In this document: in pieces, positions 9,179 through 19,146 of the stretch | How positions within the stretch are numbered: the first letter of the stretch is position 1 | How the letters are laid out: each line of letters begins with the position of its first letter | NCBI GenBank assembly: GCA_913049785.1 | Contig: CAJWXP010000007.1 | Span: forward strand, 7,078 to 71,077 | DNA length: 64,000 nt | Direction: 5' to 3' | From: an uncultured Dehalococcoidia bacterium | GTDB lineage: Bacteria; Chloroflexota; Dehalococcoidia; Lucifugimonadales; UBA1127 | Made by a program: the position numbers and the translations under genes | Notes under the pieces: generated by a model | Told to the model about the DNA's origin: nothing | The model's input: only the letters and a program-made list of their open reading frames with translations | Databases searched by the model: none

Positions 9179-10252
9179 TCAGGCCAGTTTTGGAATGACC
9201 TCATTGATGAGCATCTCAGTCGAGTGCGTCCACTTGTCCTTGGGAAGCCACTCGTGGCCCATTGCGAGGAGCACGCCGAACCCGCCGACTTCGTCCGAGA
9301 GGGCTTGGAGCTTCTCTGCGACCTCGTCCGGGCTACCGACGATCCAGACGTTGTCGGCCATGTACTCCGCCGTCACGTCCGAGTCTGCCATGTCCGGGTT
9401 TTTCTTGACCAGGTCCAGGTGTTTGACCTTGGGAAGCAGCTTGCGGAAGTATTGATCGAAGTCGCGGGCCAGGACGCCTTCCAGCGCCTCCTTGCGTGCT
9501 TCCTTGCTGGTATCGGCAACATAAATCTCGCGGGCGATGCGCCACGTTGCGCGGTCGGGGTGCCTTCCGGACTTGCTCGCGCCGAGTTCCACTGCGTCCC
9601 AATGGGTCTTGAGGACGCGACCCGGTACCAGGTTGATGCTCATAGGAATCCAGCCACGCTCGCCTGCTTGTATCAGAGTATCCGAATTCTCTGTGACTCC
9701 TGCGACACCGATGGGCGGGTGAGGCAACTGGTAGGGCTTCATGTGAAACCGAAGGCCTATCTCGTCGTCAGGCTCCGGGATCGTGAAGCGCCAGAACGGT
9801 GATTCGTAGAGCCCGGGCTTGGGGTCGTCCCATATCTGCAGGATCAGTTCAATGGCGTCTCTGGTCATTCTACGGTTGTCACCCGTGGAGGGGTCGTAGC
9901 CGAACACCTCGAAATCGCCGGGGAAACCACCGGAGCCCACCCCCCAATGGAAACGCCCCTTGGCCATCTGGTCCAGCTGCGCGATACGGTGGGCCACAAC
10001 GAAGGGGTTGTGGTTGGGCATACACGTAACGCCTGTGCCCAGGATGATGTTCTTGGTGAGCGCCAGCGCCTGCGCAATGAAGAGGTCAGGGGCCGGGATG
10101 TTCTCCCACATGGTGGTGAAGTGTTCGCCTATCCAGGCTTCTTTGTACCCCAGCTTGTCCAGCGTGATGATCTGCTGAAGGTCGTCCTCCAGGGTCTGGC
10201 TGATGTCTGACCCCGGCGGGTGCATAGGCATGGTGAAGTACCCGACCTCCAT
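9179..10252 (-). CDS. LLM-class (luciferase-like) flavin-dependent monooxygenase
   Basis: 357 aa. MEVGYFTMPMHPPG..LDKLGYKEAWIGEHF..GTGVTCMPNHNP is typical of the bacterial-luciferase TIM barrel. Confidence 0.8.
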   Translation of the reverse strand: MEVGYFTMPMHPPGSDISQTLEDDLQQIITLDKLGYKEAWIGEHFTTMWENIPAPDLFIAQALALTKNIILGTGVTCMPNHNPFVVAHRIAQLDQMAKGRFHWGVGSGGFPGDFEVFGYDPSTGDNRRMTRDAIELILQIWDDPKPGLYESPFWRFTIPEPDDEIGLRFHMKPYQLPHPPIGVAGVTENSDTLIQAGERGWIPMSINLVPGRVLKTHWDAVELGASKSGRHPDRATWRIAREIYVADTSKEARKEALEGVLARDFDQYFRKLLPKVKHLDLVKKNPDMADSDVTAEYMADNVWIVGSPDEVAEKLQALSDEVGGFGVLLAMGHEWLPKDKWTHSTEMLINEVIPKLA

Positions 10253-10362
10253 GAGGAGCCTCCTTTGCGCTGTAGGCGACTGGAGCTTCTGAGAACGGTT
10301 GCGCCCCCAACCTCGATTCGAGACTGAGAGCGCAACCGCCTATTCGTTTAGAGTTGCTGTGG

Positions 10363-11178
10363 CTACGAGGTGAAGAAGTCCAGGACATCCTTGTTGAACC
10401 GCTCTGCTGCCTCGGTTGGCACCAGGTGGCCGATCCCGTCATAGACGATGAGTTTGGAGCCGGGGATGCCTGCTGCGGTGGCCTCGCCCATCTCCAGTGC
10501 GTTGGTCTTGTCATCGCTGCCCCAGATCACCAGCGTGGGAGCCTTGATCCTGCCGAGCCGTCGAAGGGTGTTGTAGCGAGGCCGAGTGATGGGGTCAGTC
10601 ATGTGCTTCATGACCTTGCCGAAAGCCTCATCGTGGCCGGGAAGCTCGGTCTTTTTGATGAAGGCCGCTGACATCTCCTCCAGGTCTACGGTGCCTTCAG
10701 GGAATCGGTTTGCGACCTGCGTGCGGATGGATTCATGCGTCGGCATCTTGAAATCGACCATGTTCTGCAGGGGGCGGGTAGCTGTGCCGCCACCGGCGAC
10801 GTTGACTACCTTGTTGACGCGATCCGGACTCTCGTAGGAGAGCAAAGTCACGATCCAGCCGCCCATTGAGTGGCCGACGAAGTTGGCCTTGTCCATGCCC
10901 ATCACGTCCATGAACTCTCGTACGTGGTCCACCAGGTAGGCAAAGGACATCTCCTGGTTGAAGATATCGCCCGTCCCCCAGTTCAGGCAGTCGATTGCGT
11001 ATACGTGGAGCTTCTCAGACATCGGGCCCATGGCCAACGCCCAGTTCTCGCAGCCGCTGGTCCAGCCCGCACCGTGGAGCAGGATGGTGGGATAGCCGGT
11101 GCCGGCTTCCCAGTAGCGGGTTTTACCGTGACTCATCTCTGCGAAACTCTCTGTCCATACCTTTGTAACTGTAGTCAT
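10363..11178 (-). CDS. Alpha/beta hydrolase (C-C bond/meta-cleavage-product hydrolase-like)
   Basis: Trimmed to ATG 11178, with aggaggga SD. Oxyanion region LLHGAGW, nucleophile elbow GHSMGG, C-terminal GH. 271 aa. Confidence 0.75.
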   Translation of the reverse strand: MTTVTKVWTESFAEMSHGKTRYWEAGTGYPTILLHGAGWTSGCENWALAMGPMSEKLHVYAIDCLNWGTGDIFNQEMSFAYLVDHVREFMDVMGMDKANFVGHSMGGWIVTLLSYESPDRVNKVVNVAGGGTATRPLQNMVDFKMPTHESIRTQVANRFPEGTVDLEEMSAAFIKKTELPGHDEAFGKVMKHMTDPITRPRYNTLRRLGRIKAPTLVIWGSDDKTNALEMGEATAAGIPGSKLIVYDGIGHLVPTEAAERFNKDVLDFFTS

Positions 11179-11318
11179 AGATCCCTCCTGTAGGTAAATA
11201 CCAAATTGAAGTTGGGTCTGCCAGTTCTTCGAGTTATGATACCCGCCCTCGAGCAAGATTCAACCCCCGGCGCATATCGAGTACAATGCCCGTGTTTATA
11301 GCAACAGGGGAGGCGACT

Positions 11319-12503
11319 ATGACGAATCTCTCAACGCGGTTCCAGATACGGCAGCGCAATCCGGTTTCCGGGCGCACGCTACCTTCGCCTATGCCGGAAC
11401 CCATGCAGGGTAACTTGGATAGGGCGCAGGCGTTGTTGGCAGAGGAGTTCATGGGCGTCACCACGGACGGTCGCATTGTCCCAGGCCTCTACACGCTGCA
11501 AAAGACAGGCCTCTCCATAGACCCGATAAAGAACGCGGCGAACACCTTCCTCGCTTCACTTAATGCCGAGCAGAAGGACACCGCTTCGTTCGATGTCGAT
11601 AGTAGCGTGTGGCGTCAGTGGAGCAACATTCACCCCTTCCTGATGCGGCATGGGGCGTTTTTGGACGAGCTATCGCCTGCCCAGCAGGACAACGCGATGG
11701 CGCTGTTGAAGGAGAGCCTGAGCCCGACAGGGTACCAGACTGCGCGGGACATCATGCGCCTGAACGAGTCGATTCTGGAGATCACGGGCAAAACGGATGA
11801 GTACGGCGAGTGGCTGTACTGGATGAGCATGATGGGCACACCATCGTCCGACGAGCCCTGGGGGTGGCAGATAGACGGCCATCACCTCATCATCAACTAC
11901 TTCATGGTGAATGGCCGCGCGGTGATGTCACCGGTGTTCATGGGTTCCGAGCCCATCGACGCCGATGTCGGCAAGTACGCAGGGACCCGTGTGTTCCACG
12001 ACGAAGAGCATCTAGGTCTGGTGTTGGCGCAGTCGCTATCGGCGGAGCAGCGGAGTAAGGCGGTCATCGGTGATGAGCTGCCGCCGGAGGTTTTCACCAC
12101 CGCGTTCCGTGACAACTTCGAGCTGAAGTATGAAGGTATTCGCTACGACGACCTCTCAAGCAGCCAGCAGGGGATGATGCTGAGCGTCATCGACACGTAT
12201 GTCGTCCGGATGCGACAGGACCAGGCATCGCTCAAGATGGATGAAGTGAAGGAGCACCTGAGGGAGACCTACTTCGCGTGGATGGGTGCAGCTACGGAAC
12301 AGGATGTCTATTACTACCGCATCCACAGCCCTGTCATCCTCATCGAGTTCGACTACCAGCGCGGAGTGGCGTTGGACACGGATAAGCCTACCAAGGACCA
12401 CATCCACACTGTGGTGCGGACGCCGAACGGCAACGACTACGGCAAAGACCTGCTGCGCCAGCACCGCGAGAACGCAGACGCCTCACATGGGCACAGAAGC
12501 TAG
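11319..12503 (+). CDS. DUF3500 family protein
   Basis: WGWQIDGHHLIINYF and YYYRIHSPVILIEFDYQ...DHIHTVVRTPNGNDYGKDLL match my recollection of the DUF3500 signature. The start is set at ATG 11319 (track gives 11286). Confidence 0.6.
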   Translation: MTNLSTRFQIRQRNPVSGRTLPSPMPEPMQGNLDRAQALLAEEFMGVTTDGRIVPGLYTLQKTGLSIDPIKNAANTFLASLNAEQKDTASFDVDSSVWRQWSNIHPFLMRHGAFLDELSPAQQDNAMALLKESLSPTGYQTARDIMRLNESILEITGKTDEYGEWLYWMSMMGTPSSDEPWGWQIDGHHLIINYFMVNGRAVMSPVFMGSEPIDADVGKYAGTRVFHDEEHLGLVLAQSLSAEQRSKAVIGDELPPEVFTTAFRDNFELKYEGIRYDDLSSSQQGMMLSVIDTYVVRMRQDQASLKMDEVKEHLRETYFAWMGAATEQDVYYYRIHSPVILIEFDYQRGVALDTDKPTKDHIHTVVRTPNGNDYGKDLLRQHRENADASHGHRS

Positions 12504-12510
12504 CTAGCGG

Positions 12511-13050
12511 TTACGCAGGAAACCAGCCCTTGCCGGTGAGCATGCCGCGTATGTACTCTATCTGACCGGTGTGTTTGAAGGTATCGGAACACGCGCCCAT
12601 GAGGGTGCGCCAAACGGGACGGGGGTCGCCTCTGCCGGGGATGTAGTCGACGTTCTTCGCCAAGTCTTCCGCACTCATGCTTTCCACACGTCTGGTGAAC
12701 GCCTGGTGCGCTGCGTCAATGTAGCCCCAGAGCAACTCCTGGCTGGGCTTGAACTCGGCAACCTGCTCCAACGTATCGCCAATGCCTGAACGGTCTGCAG
12801 GCATGCCGAACTTATCGTGCCAACCGCCGCTGACCCAGACCTCGTCCTCGCCCACAGCCTGGGCGCTCTGTTTGTCTTGCCATCGGTTCGCGTGCCACGC
12901 CAGCCACACCATGGAGTTGGTGTCCGCTGTGGGCTGCTTTTGGAGCTGCTCCTCCGTCAGGCCGTCGAAGGCTCGTTTCATAGAGCTATACGCTCCATCC
13001 ATGAACGTAGTGATGAAATTTGCTACGTCGATTGGCTTATCGGTCGTCAT
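12511..13050 (-). CDS. DinB family protein
   Basis: 179 aa. Four-helix-bundle-like pattern with His residues (WLAWHANRW, TFKHTGQIEYIRG). SD caggagag. Confidence 0.6.
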   Translation of the reverse strand: MTTDKPIDVANFITTFMDGAYSSMKRAFDGLTEEQLQKQPTADTNSMVWLAWHANRWQDKQSAQAVGEDEVWVSGGWHDKFGMPADRSGIGDTLEQVAEFKPSQELLWGYIDAAHQAFTRRVESMSAEDLAKNVDYIPGRGDPRPVWRTLMGACSDTFKHTGQIEYIRGMLTGKGWFPA

Positions 13051-13077
13051 AGTTCTCTCCTGAGCGTTGCGGTTGAG

Positions 13078-13938
13078 TTACAGGGCATTTGCTATCTGCT
13101 GCGCTTCTTGCAGCCCTTCATCGAAGGGTGTGTTGTTGGACAGGCTGATGGTAATGGTGGTGGCTCCTAGTTCGCCCCACGCTTTGGCATCGCTAATGTG
13201 GCTGTCAGGGTCTCCGTTCGTGAGGCTCAACCTGCCGTCTATGCCGAGGGTGTCCATGTCCCTGCCGAACTCTGAGGCGTAGGACTTCAACTGGTCCACC
13301 ATCTCGCCGTGCTTGGCCATGTCCGATTCCATTGGCGAGCCGATCCAGCCGTCCCCGATCTCCGCCGCTCGCTTGATGGCCGCCTGCGACGCACCAGCGA
13401 TCCACACAGGAATCGGCTGTTGCACGGGTTTGGGGTTGATGCCTGCACCGTGGATGTGGTGCCAGGTGCCTTCAAAATCGATGGAGTCCTGGGTCCACAG
13501 CGCACGCATCACCTCGATCTGCTCTGCGGAACGTGCGCCACGGGTGTGGAAGTCCTCGTTCAGGCTCTCATACTCAACGGTGTTCCAGCCCACACCGATG
13601 CCCATCTGGAACCGTCCACCGCTTATCAGGTCTAACTCTGCGGCCTGCTTGGCTACGAGCGCGGTCTGTCGCTGGGGCAGGATGAGGATGCCGGTCATGA
13701 ACCGGATCGTTGTAGTCGCACCTGCCAGGTAGCTGAACAGCGTGAACGGTTCGTGGCTGAAGGTGGCGTTGGTATATGACCGCTTCCAGCCCTCGTGGTA
13801 CGCGGGATCTGCGCCAAGCACGTGATCGGCAATGACCACGTGGGTCATTCCCAACCCCTCTGCAGTGACAACGAACTCTTTGATCTTGCCCACATCAGGG
13901 CCGATGGCTTCCCCTGGGATGGCTACTCCGACTTCCAT
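13078..13938 (-). CDS. LLM-class oxidoreductase (F420-dependent type likely)
   Basis: 286 aa. MEVGVAIPG..AEGLGMTHVVIADHVLG..GGRFQMGIGVGW matches short LLM/F420-dependent family members. Confidence 0.7.
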   Translation of the reverse strand: MEVGVAIPGEAIGPDVGKIKEFVVTAEGLGMTHVVIADHVLGADPAYHEGWKRSYTNATFSHEPFTLFSYLAGATTTIRFMTGILILPQRQTALVAKQAAELDLISGGRFQMGIGVGWNTVEYESLNEDFHTRGARSAEQIEVMRALWTQDSIDFEGTWHHIHGAGINPKPVQQPIPVWIAGASQAAIKRAAEIGDGWIGSPMESDMAKHGEMVDQLKSYASEFGRDMDTLGIDGRLSLTNGDPDSHISDAKAWGELGATTITISLSNNTPFDEGLQEAQQIANAL

Positions 13939-13951
13939 GAATTCCTCCGTA

Positions 13952-15208
13952 TTAACTCGATGGCGTATTGTCGCGTGACGACTCCGCCGTGTCTACTGGC
14001 TGTTCATCCTGTTGATCGAACTCGTGGATGCTCATGATGGCGTTTCGGCGAAGCAATACGTTGATCACGATACCGATGCCGCCCGAAGCGACCATCAACG
14101 GCACACCCACTTTCTCGCCGACAACGCCCATGACGGCGCCGCCCACGGCTGTGAACGAGATGGCCAGGCTGTGCAGGCTGACGGCGCGTCCCCTCATGTT
14201 GGCCGGAGCCACCAGTTGGATCAGCACGCCGAGTGTCAGGTCGTAGGCGTTCAGGAATGCCATCACTGCACCGGCCAGGAAGATAGACAACGGGAGCGAG
14301 CGTGAGAACGCGAAAGCCGTGAGGGCTACCCCTGCACCTAACGCGTTCCAGAACACGATTCGAGGTTTGTTTCGAGAATCGCCTTTGGCGGCCATGATGA
14401 TCGTCGCTACAAAGAGACCGGTGCCGATACCCGCTTGCAGGTAGCCCATGCCAATGGCGTCCACCTCAAGGACGTTCTTGGCCATAATCGGGACCATTAC
14501 CAGAAACGCGAATCCCAGGGTCTCCATAACAATACTGACGGTGAAGAGGATGCGCAGAGCAGGGTTGGCGGCAGCGTATTGCAGACCTTCCAACGTCTGC
14601 CGCAGGATGTGGCCGCTGGAGGACTCTACCGTTCCCGAAACCCTGACTAGGGCGAGGAATGGAAGGGAAATGGCCAAACTACCGGCGATAAGGGCATAGG
14701 CGGCCCAAATCCCCGACCACTCGATCAATAGGCCCGCCAGCAGTGCTCCACCTATCATCATGGGAGTGTTGGACACACGCCAGAGCGATACGCCGTTCAC
14801 TAGCTTGCCTGGCCCCACGATGTCGTAGATGAATCGATTGATACCTGTGAACCGTGTGGCCCTGAGGCAGCCGATGATAAAGGCGAGGGCTATGGCCATC
14901 CACAGCTCGATCACGTCAAGGTAGGTCGCCACTGCCATGAGGGCGGCCATTGTGGTGCTGATGACCCCCTCGAGGAGGAGGAGGCTCCTGCGTTGGAAGC
15001 GGTCTGCAAGTGTTCCTGCCAGGGACGAGAAGAGGAACTGCCCACTACCCAACACCAGGGCGTAAATACCTGTCCAGAAGGCGGAATCGCCTGAGAGTTC
15101 CAACACCAGCCAACCATGCACGGCCATGCGGACGTTCATGTCCACCGCGGCAAAGGTGCTGTTGATGTAAAAGAGCTTGTAGCCCGGCGCTTTGAAGGAA
15201 GCCAGCAT
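13952..15208 (-). CDS. MFS transporter (MFS_3/EntS-like)
   Basis: 418 aa, multi-pass hydrophobic, with LADRFQRR after TM2. Confidence 0.7.
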   Translation of the reverse strand: MLASFKAPGYKLFYINSTFAAVDMNVRMAVHGWLVLELSGDSAFWTGIYALVLGSGQFLFSSLAGTLADRFQRRSLLLLEGVISTTMAALMAVATYLDVIELWMAIALAFIIGCLRATRFTGINRFIYDIVGPGKLVNGVSLWRVSNTPMMIGGALLAGLLIEWSGIWAAYALIAGSLAISLPFLALVRVSGTVESSSGHILRQTLEGLQYAAANPALRILFTVSIVMETLGFAFLVMVPIMAKNVLEVDAIGMGYLQAGIGTGLFVATIIMAAKGDSRNKPRIVFWNALGAGVALTAFAFSRSLPLSIFLAGAVMAFLNAYDLTLGVLIQLVAPANMRGRAVSLHSLAISFTAVGGAVMGVVGEKVGVPLMVASGGIGIVINVLLRRNAIMSIHEFDQQDEQPVDTAESSRDNTPSS

Positions 15209-15343
15209 TGTATTTGGAGCAGAGTCGTTCAGAAGAGGGCCTCCGGAAGAATGACGGATTCAGCGTTGCTGCGAATGGTAACAGAAACACCTCTGCGCTA
15301 CCGATTGGCCCCTCAACTTTTCGACGAATGTAGATTGCAGTGT

Positions 15344-16966
15344 CTACAGGTTAAGGATATTCCCCTCGGCGTCCACGTCGAGAGCCCTGGGAGAGCCCGG
15401 CAGGCCCGGCATGGTCATGATGCTCCCGGCGATTGGGTAGATGAACCCCGCGCCCACGGACGCCCGCACGTCTGACACCTCGAACGTGTAGCCGGACGGT
15501 CGACCCTTCAGCGATGCCAGATGGGAAATGGAAAAATTCGTCTTGGCCATACAGACTGGCAGTTCACCCCAACCGTTGGCCTCGTAACTACGAAGCGTGC
15601 GCTGCGCGGCGGGACTCCAGGAGACATCGTCGGCGTTGTAGACCGTGTGGGCCAGCGCCAGCACCTTGTCCTGAATGGATGCCTCAACCGGGTACAGATA
15701 CGTTATCTCCGGTGATGGCCCTTCTGTCGCCTTGATAACGGCCTCTGCAAGCTCGATTGCGCCTGCACCACCCTCTGCGAACACCCGACTCTCCACCGCA
15801 GCGAAAGCGCCAGCCTCTTCTGAACCCTGCTTGACGATGGCCATCTCGGCATCGGTGTCCGTGGGGAAGTGGTTGATGGCCACCACAACCGGCAGCCCCA
15901 ACGCCTTCACAACGCCTATCAGGTGGGCCAGGTTCTCCATGCCCTTGCGTACGGCGTCCTCGTTGGGTGTGTCCAACTCTTTGGTCGCCATGCCGCCGTG
16001 GGACTTCACTGCTCGCACTGTAGCTACCAGCACCGCCGCGTCTGGTTCCAGGTCGTTGAACCGTGCCTTGATGTGCATGAACTTCTCAAACCCTAAGTCA
16101 GCGCCGAATCCCGCCTCCGATAGGACGAAGTCGGCATATCCCAGAGCCAGCTTGTCGCCTACCACCGAACTGCATCCGTGGGCGATGTTGCCGAAGGGGC
16201 CTGTGTGGACGATGACCGGCTGGCCCTCCGTGGTCTGAACCAGGTTGGGCAGGATTGCGTGGCGAAGCAGGGACATGAGCGACCCCACGGCGTTCACGTC
16301 GGTCGCAGTCACGGGCACCTTCTCTGAGGTGTAACCCACCACGATCTTGCTCAGCCGCTCCCGGAGGTTATCAAGGCTGCTTGCCAGGGCCAGAATCGCC
16401 ATAATCTCGGATGCTGTGACGATATCGAAACCTGTCTCACGCATGGGAGCGTTCGCCGCCCCGCCGATGCCCGTCACGATACTTCGCAGTGCGCGATCCT
16501 CCACATCGGTCACGCGTCGCCAGGTGATGCTCTCAGCCCGGAAGCCTGGGATCAGGCCGCGCTGAGCAACGTTGTCCGTGAGCGCTGCCAGGAGGTTGTG
16601 GGCTGAGCCTACAGCGTGAGCATCGCCGGTGAAGTGGACATTCACCTCGTCCTGGGGCTCCACCAGCGAGAGGCCGCCTCCGGTGCCGCCGCCTTTGATG
16701 CCGAATATGGGGCCGAGGGACGGTTCACGAAGGGTAGCTACAACGCTTTTGCCAAGTCGCCCGAAGGCCTGGGTCAGCCCCACCACTGTGGTGGTCTTTC
16801 CCTCACCGGCGGGTGTGGGCGTGATGCCAGTCACCACCACCATCTTGCCTCGTTTCTCACCGCTACGGATGGCCTCTAGGGGTATCTTTGCTTTGTAGTG
16901 GCCCTGTGGAATGAGGATCTGCGGGTCAAGTCCTAAATCTTTGGCCACTTCTACTATTGGTCGCAT
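15344..16966 (-). CDS. fhs: Formate--tetrahydrofolate ligase
   Basis: 540 aa. It contains ITPTPAGEGKTTTVVGL and is collinear with Fhs along its whole length. Confidence 0.9.
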   Translation of the reverse strand: MRPIVEVAKDLGLDPQILIPQGHYKAKIPLEAIRSGEKRGKMVVVTGITPTPAGEGKTTTVVGLTQAFGRLGKSVVATLREPSLGPIFGIKGGGTGGGLSLVEPQDEVNVHFTGDAHAVGSAHNLLAALTDNVAQRGLIPGFRAESITWRRVTDVEDRALRSIVTGIGGAANAPMRETGFDIVTASEIMAILALASSLDNLRERLSKIVVGYTSEKVPVTATDVNAVGSLMSLLRHAILPNLVQTTEGQPVIVHTGPFGNIAHGCSSVVGDKLALGYADFVLSEAGFGADLGFEKFMHIKARFNDLEPDAAVLVATVRAVKSHGGMATKELDTPNEDAVRKGMENLAHLIGVVKALGLPVVVAINHFPTDTDAEMAIVKQGSEEAGAFAAVESRVFAEGGAGAIELAEAVIKATEGPSPEITYLYPVEASIQDKVLALAHTVYNADDVSWSPAAQRTLRSYEANGWGELPVCMAKTNFSISHLASLKGRPSGYTFEVSDVRASVGAGFIYPIAGSIMTMPGLPGSPRALDVDAEGNILNL

Positions 16967-17048
16967 ACGATTATTCGCGGCACATGGCGCAGTGTGGGTT
17001 ACGGATGCCGCTACTTCCTCCGGTCGTTAATAGGTTGCTATGCCAGAA

Positions 17049-17082
17049 CCGCCCCCAGGCCGAACAAGCAGCCTGAGGGCGG
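17049..17082 (-). terminator. Hairpin downstream of the SnoaL-PPOX gene
   Basis: On the minus strand: CCGCCCTCAGGC-N10-GCCTGGGGGCGG (12-nt arms, one mismatch), followed by ttctgg. Confidence 0.4.
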
Positions 17083-17106
17083 TAATGATTCAATGTGAGT
17101 TGGAGA

Positions 17107-17898
17107 CTAGCGACGGAACTTCACACGTCCGTCAGGAGTACCGCCGTCTACCTGGTCCAGATCGATGATGACCGCTGCGCCGGCTTCCCAGGACTCGTGG
17201 TTCTGCTCAACCTCCGGCGATTCGTCAAAGATTTGCTTGCGCACTGCCGGATCGGCGTCAACGCGGGCCGTGCCCTGCAAGATGATGGTGGAGCGCGTTG
17301 GGTTATCGCGGAACAGGAAGGACATGCTAGGATTGGTGCCAACAGCCTCGGCTAAGCCCGAGTCCTTGCGTGCCCAGATACTTAGCGAGTGGTCGCCGTA
17401 CGTCCGGACGCTGCCTCGCAGGGAAATCTTGGGCTTGCCGTCCTTGCCCACGTAGGTCACGGACAGGGGTATGTCGTTGGCCAATGCCGAGTTGATTCGA
17501 CTCGAGATGAAATCTGGGAGGACATCGGTCTCAACCAGTTGTGTCTTCACAATGTTCTCAAGGTTGACCTTGTTGATCTGATCGGAGTCGTTGAAGCCAA
17601 AGGTGACATTCACCTCTGCGGGGCCTGCGCCTACGGGCTTCATCGTCGCATTGACCACCACGTCGGAACCTGTCTCCTTGGCTGCGCCCCATGTACCGTT
17701 GCGATACACGGGTGTCTGCGGCCAAACGCCGGTGATGCGGCTGAGTACTTCGTCGTGACCCTCAAACGTGCGGTTGCCAACTGTGGATACGACGTCCTGT
17801 GCGATGTGTTTGTCTGCGGCTGCCGCTGCGCCCTTGTCCCCGGTGGCCAGCGCCTTTGCATACGCATCTGCTGCTGCCAAACGTTCCTTTGTAGCCAT
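17107..17898 (-). CDS. Two-domain protein: N-terminal NTF2/SnoaL-like region fused to a pyridoxamine-5'-phosphate-oxidase-like (split-barrel flavin/F420) domain
   Basis: 263 aa. The C-terminal half (LSVTYVGKDGKPKISLRGS..FLFRDNPTRSTIILQGTARV..) looks PPOX-class. The N-terminal 120 aa resembles a small alpha+beta cone. The domain calls are by eye. Confidence 0.5.
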   Translation of the reverse strand: MATKERLAAADAYAKALATGDKGAAAAADKHIAQDVVSTVGNRTFEGHDEVLSRITGVWPQTPVYRNGTWGAAKETGSDVVVNATMKPVGAGPAEVNVTFGFNDSDQINKVNLENIVKTQLVETDVLPDFISSRINSALANDIPLSVTYVGKDGKPKISLRGSVRTYGDHSLSIWARKDSGLAEAVGTNPSMSFLFRDNPTRSTIILQGTARVDADPAVRKQIFDESPEVEQNHESWEAGAAVIIDLDQVDGGTPDGRVKFRR

Positions 17899-18028
17899 GG
17901 TGCTCTCCCCCTATGTTTGTACTACTATCGATGGCCGAAACTCCACGGAAAAGACTCCGCTGGTAATATCTTCGGCGGCAAAAATGCTACTGCCTTGGGC
18001 CTGCGAGGTCAAGTGCCACAGATGGATA

Positions 18029-19111
18029 CTATGTATCCGCGATACACGCGGCCTTGTATCTCCGGGCCGTCCACTGCGTACCGATGGGCGCGGAATATCG
18101 TCCGATTCCGTTGGTCGCCACGCCAGGGGAGGTCTCCGGGTTCATGTACTCCCAAACAATTTCGCCCTCAGTTGTGACCTCAACCAGTCGACCAGTTCGG
18201 CCATCGCAGATGAGGGTGTTGCCGTTGGGGAGTCGTTGCGCGCCGCTGATGCCCGTGCTGAACAGTGATAACGGCGGATCGCCGCGATACTGCCAGACGA
18301 TCTCGTTGGTCTTGGGGTCCAGCTCCACCACACGGGAGTAGCAGCTGCCTCGGATGCGATGCTCACCGTTGTCGAACACCAGGAAGTTTCCGTTCTCGAG
18401 TTCTGTAGGGTTATGTTGGTGGGAGAACTCACCGGGCCCGAACCTCCAGTTCACGTCGCCGGTGGGCTTGTCGATGATGAGGATGGTACTGGTCTGCCGG
18501 AAGCTCAGCAGGAGGTTTCCGTCCTGCAGTTCCGTCACACCGTTGCAGTGCGTCCACTCATGGCGTCCTTCAAGAGCACATATGACCTCATGGGCAGGGT
18601 CAAGGTGGTCTGAGCCGTGCCACTCCCATGCCGTTGAGCCGTCAGGAGCCAATTCTCGTAGGTAGTCGCTGACGACTTCATGGTCCTCTTCGCCGGGAGC
18701 TACGGACCCGCCCTGTATCTTGGCTACAAGCTCTCGCGCCAACGGTTCCCAGCCTATGACCATCGTGTTGCCGTTCCGGAGGATCTCATGGTCGTGGTGG
18801 ATGGCAGGGTTGTCGTATCGCCATATTACATTGCTGTCCCAGTCCAGCTCGACGATGGTGGCACTCGCCCCACCAAACCCCAACAGCTCTTCGCCGGACT
18901 GGCAACGCAGTGACAGGTTGCCGTTGGGTCGCATGAAGCCGTAGTAGGGTTGCACTAGCGATGGAGGTGTCCAGTTGTGGACGACCTTGCCATCCAAATC
19001 GATGAGGTTGACGCGGTCAGACCCGAAGGTGGTGTACACCGTTACGCCGGGAAACGCTTTCTCTCGATCCCAGTGCGTCATACCCGTTGAACCGAAGATC
19101 GGAAATCCCAT
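18029..19111 (-). CDS. Arylsulfotransferase-like beta-propeller protein
   Basis: Trimmed to ATG 19111. It has repeated NGN-containing blades (RPNGNLSL, LRNGNTMV, LQDGNLLL, LENGNFLVFDNG, LPNGNTLICDG) and HHDH. No signal peptide. 360 aa. Confidence 0.5.
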   Translation of the reverse strand: MGFPIFGSTGMTHWDREKAFPGVTVYTTFGSDRVNLIDLDGKVVHNWTPPSLVQPYYGFMRPNGNLSLRCQSGEELLGFGGASATIVELDWDSNVIWRYDNPAIHHDHEILRNGNTMVIGWEPLARELVAKIQGGSVAPGEEDHEVVSDYLRELAPDGSTAWEWHGSDHLDPAHEVICALEGRHEWTHCNGVTELQDGNLLLSFRQTSTILIIDKPTGDVNWRFGPGEFSHQHNPTELENGNFLVFDNGEHRIRGSCYSRVVELDPKTNEIVWQYRGDPPLSLFSTGISGAQRLPNGNTLICDGRTGRLVEVTTEGEIVWEYMNPETSPGVATNGIGRYSAPIGTQWTARRYKAACIADT

Positions 19112-19146
19112 GTGTCTCTCCCGTTTTTTCAAGGAATGCGGTGCTG

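Noticed and set aside
9107-9802. Plus-strand ORF of 231 aa.
   Set aside because: It lies antisense to the LLM monooxygenase gene and shows no family resemblance.
16967-17106. A possible ZTP (pfl) or THF riboswitch upstream of fhs, prompted by CCGCC..GGC-like strings.
   Set aside because: The conserved ZTP elements (GGGTCGTGACTGGCG-type 5' subdomain and CCGCCTGGGC 3' element) are not present. The CCGCCC..GGGCGG pair is better explained as the terminator hairpin of the upstream gene.
17389-18177. Plus-strand ORF of 262 aa.
   Set aside because: It spans the antisense of two different minus-strand genes and their intergenic region, and it is Cys/Arg/Gly-rich. It is a shadow ORF.
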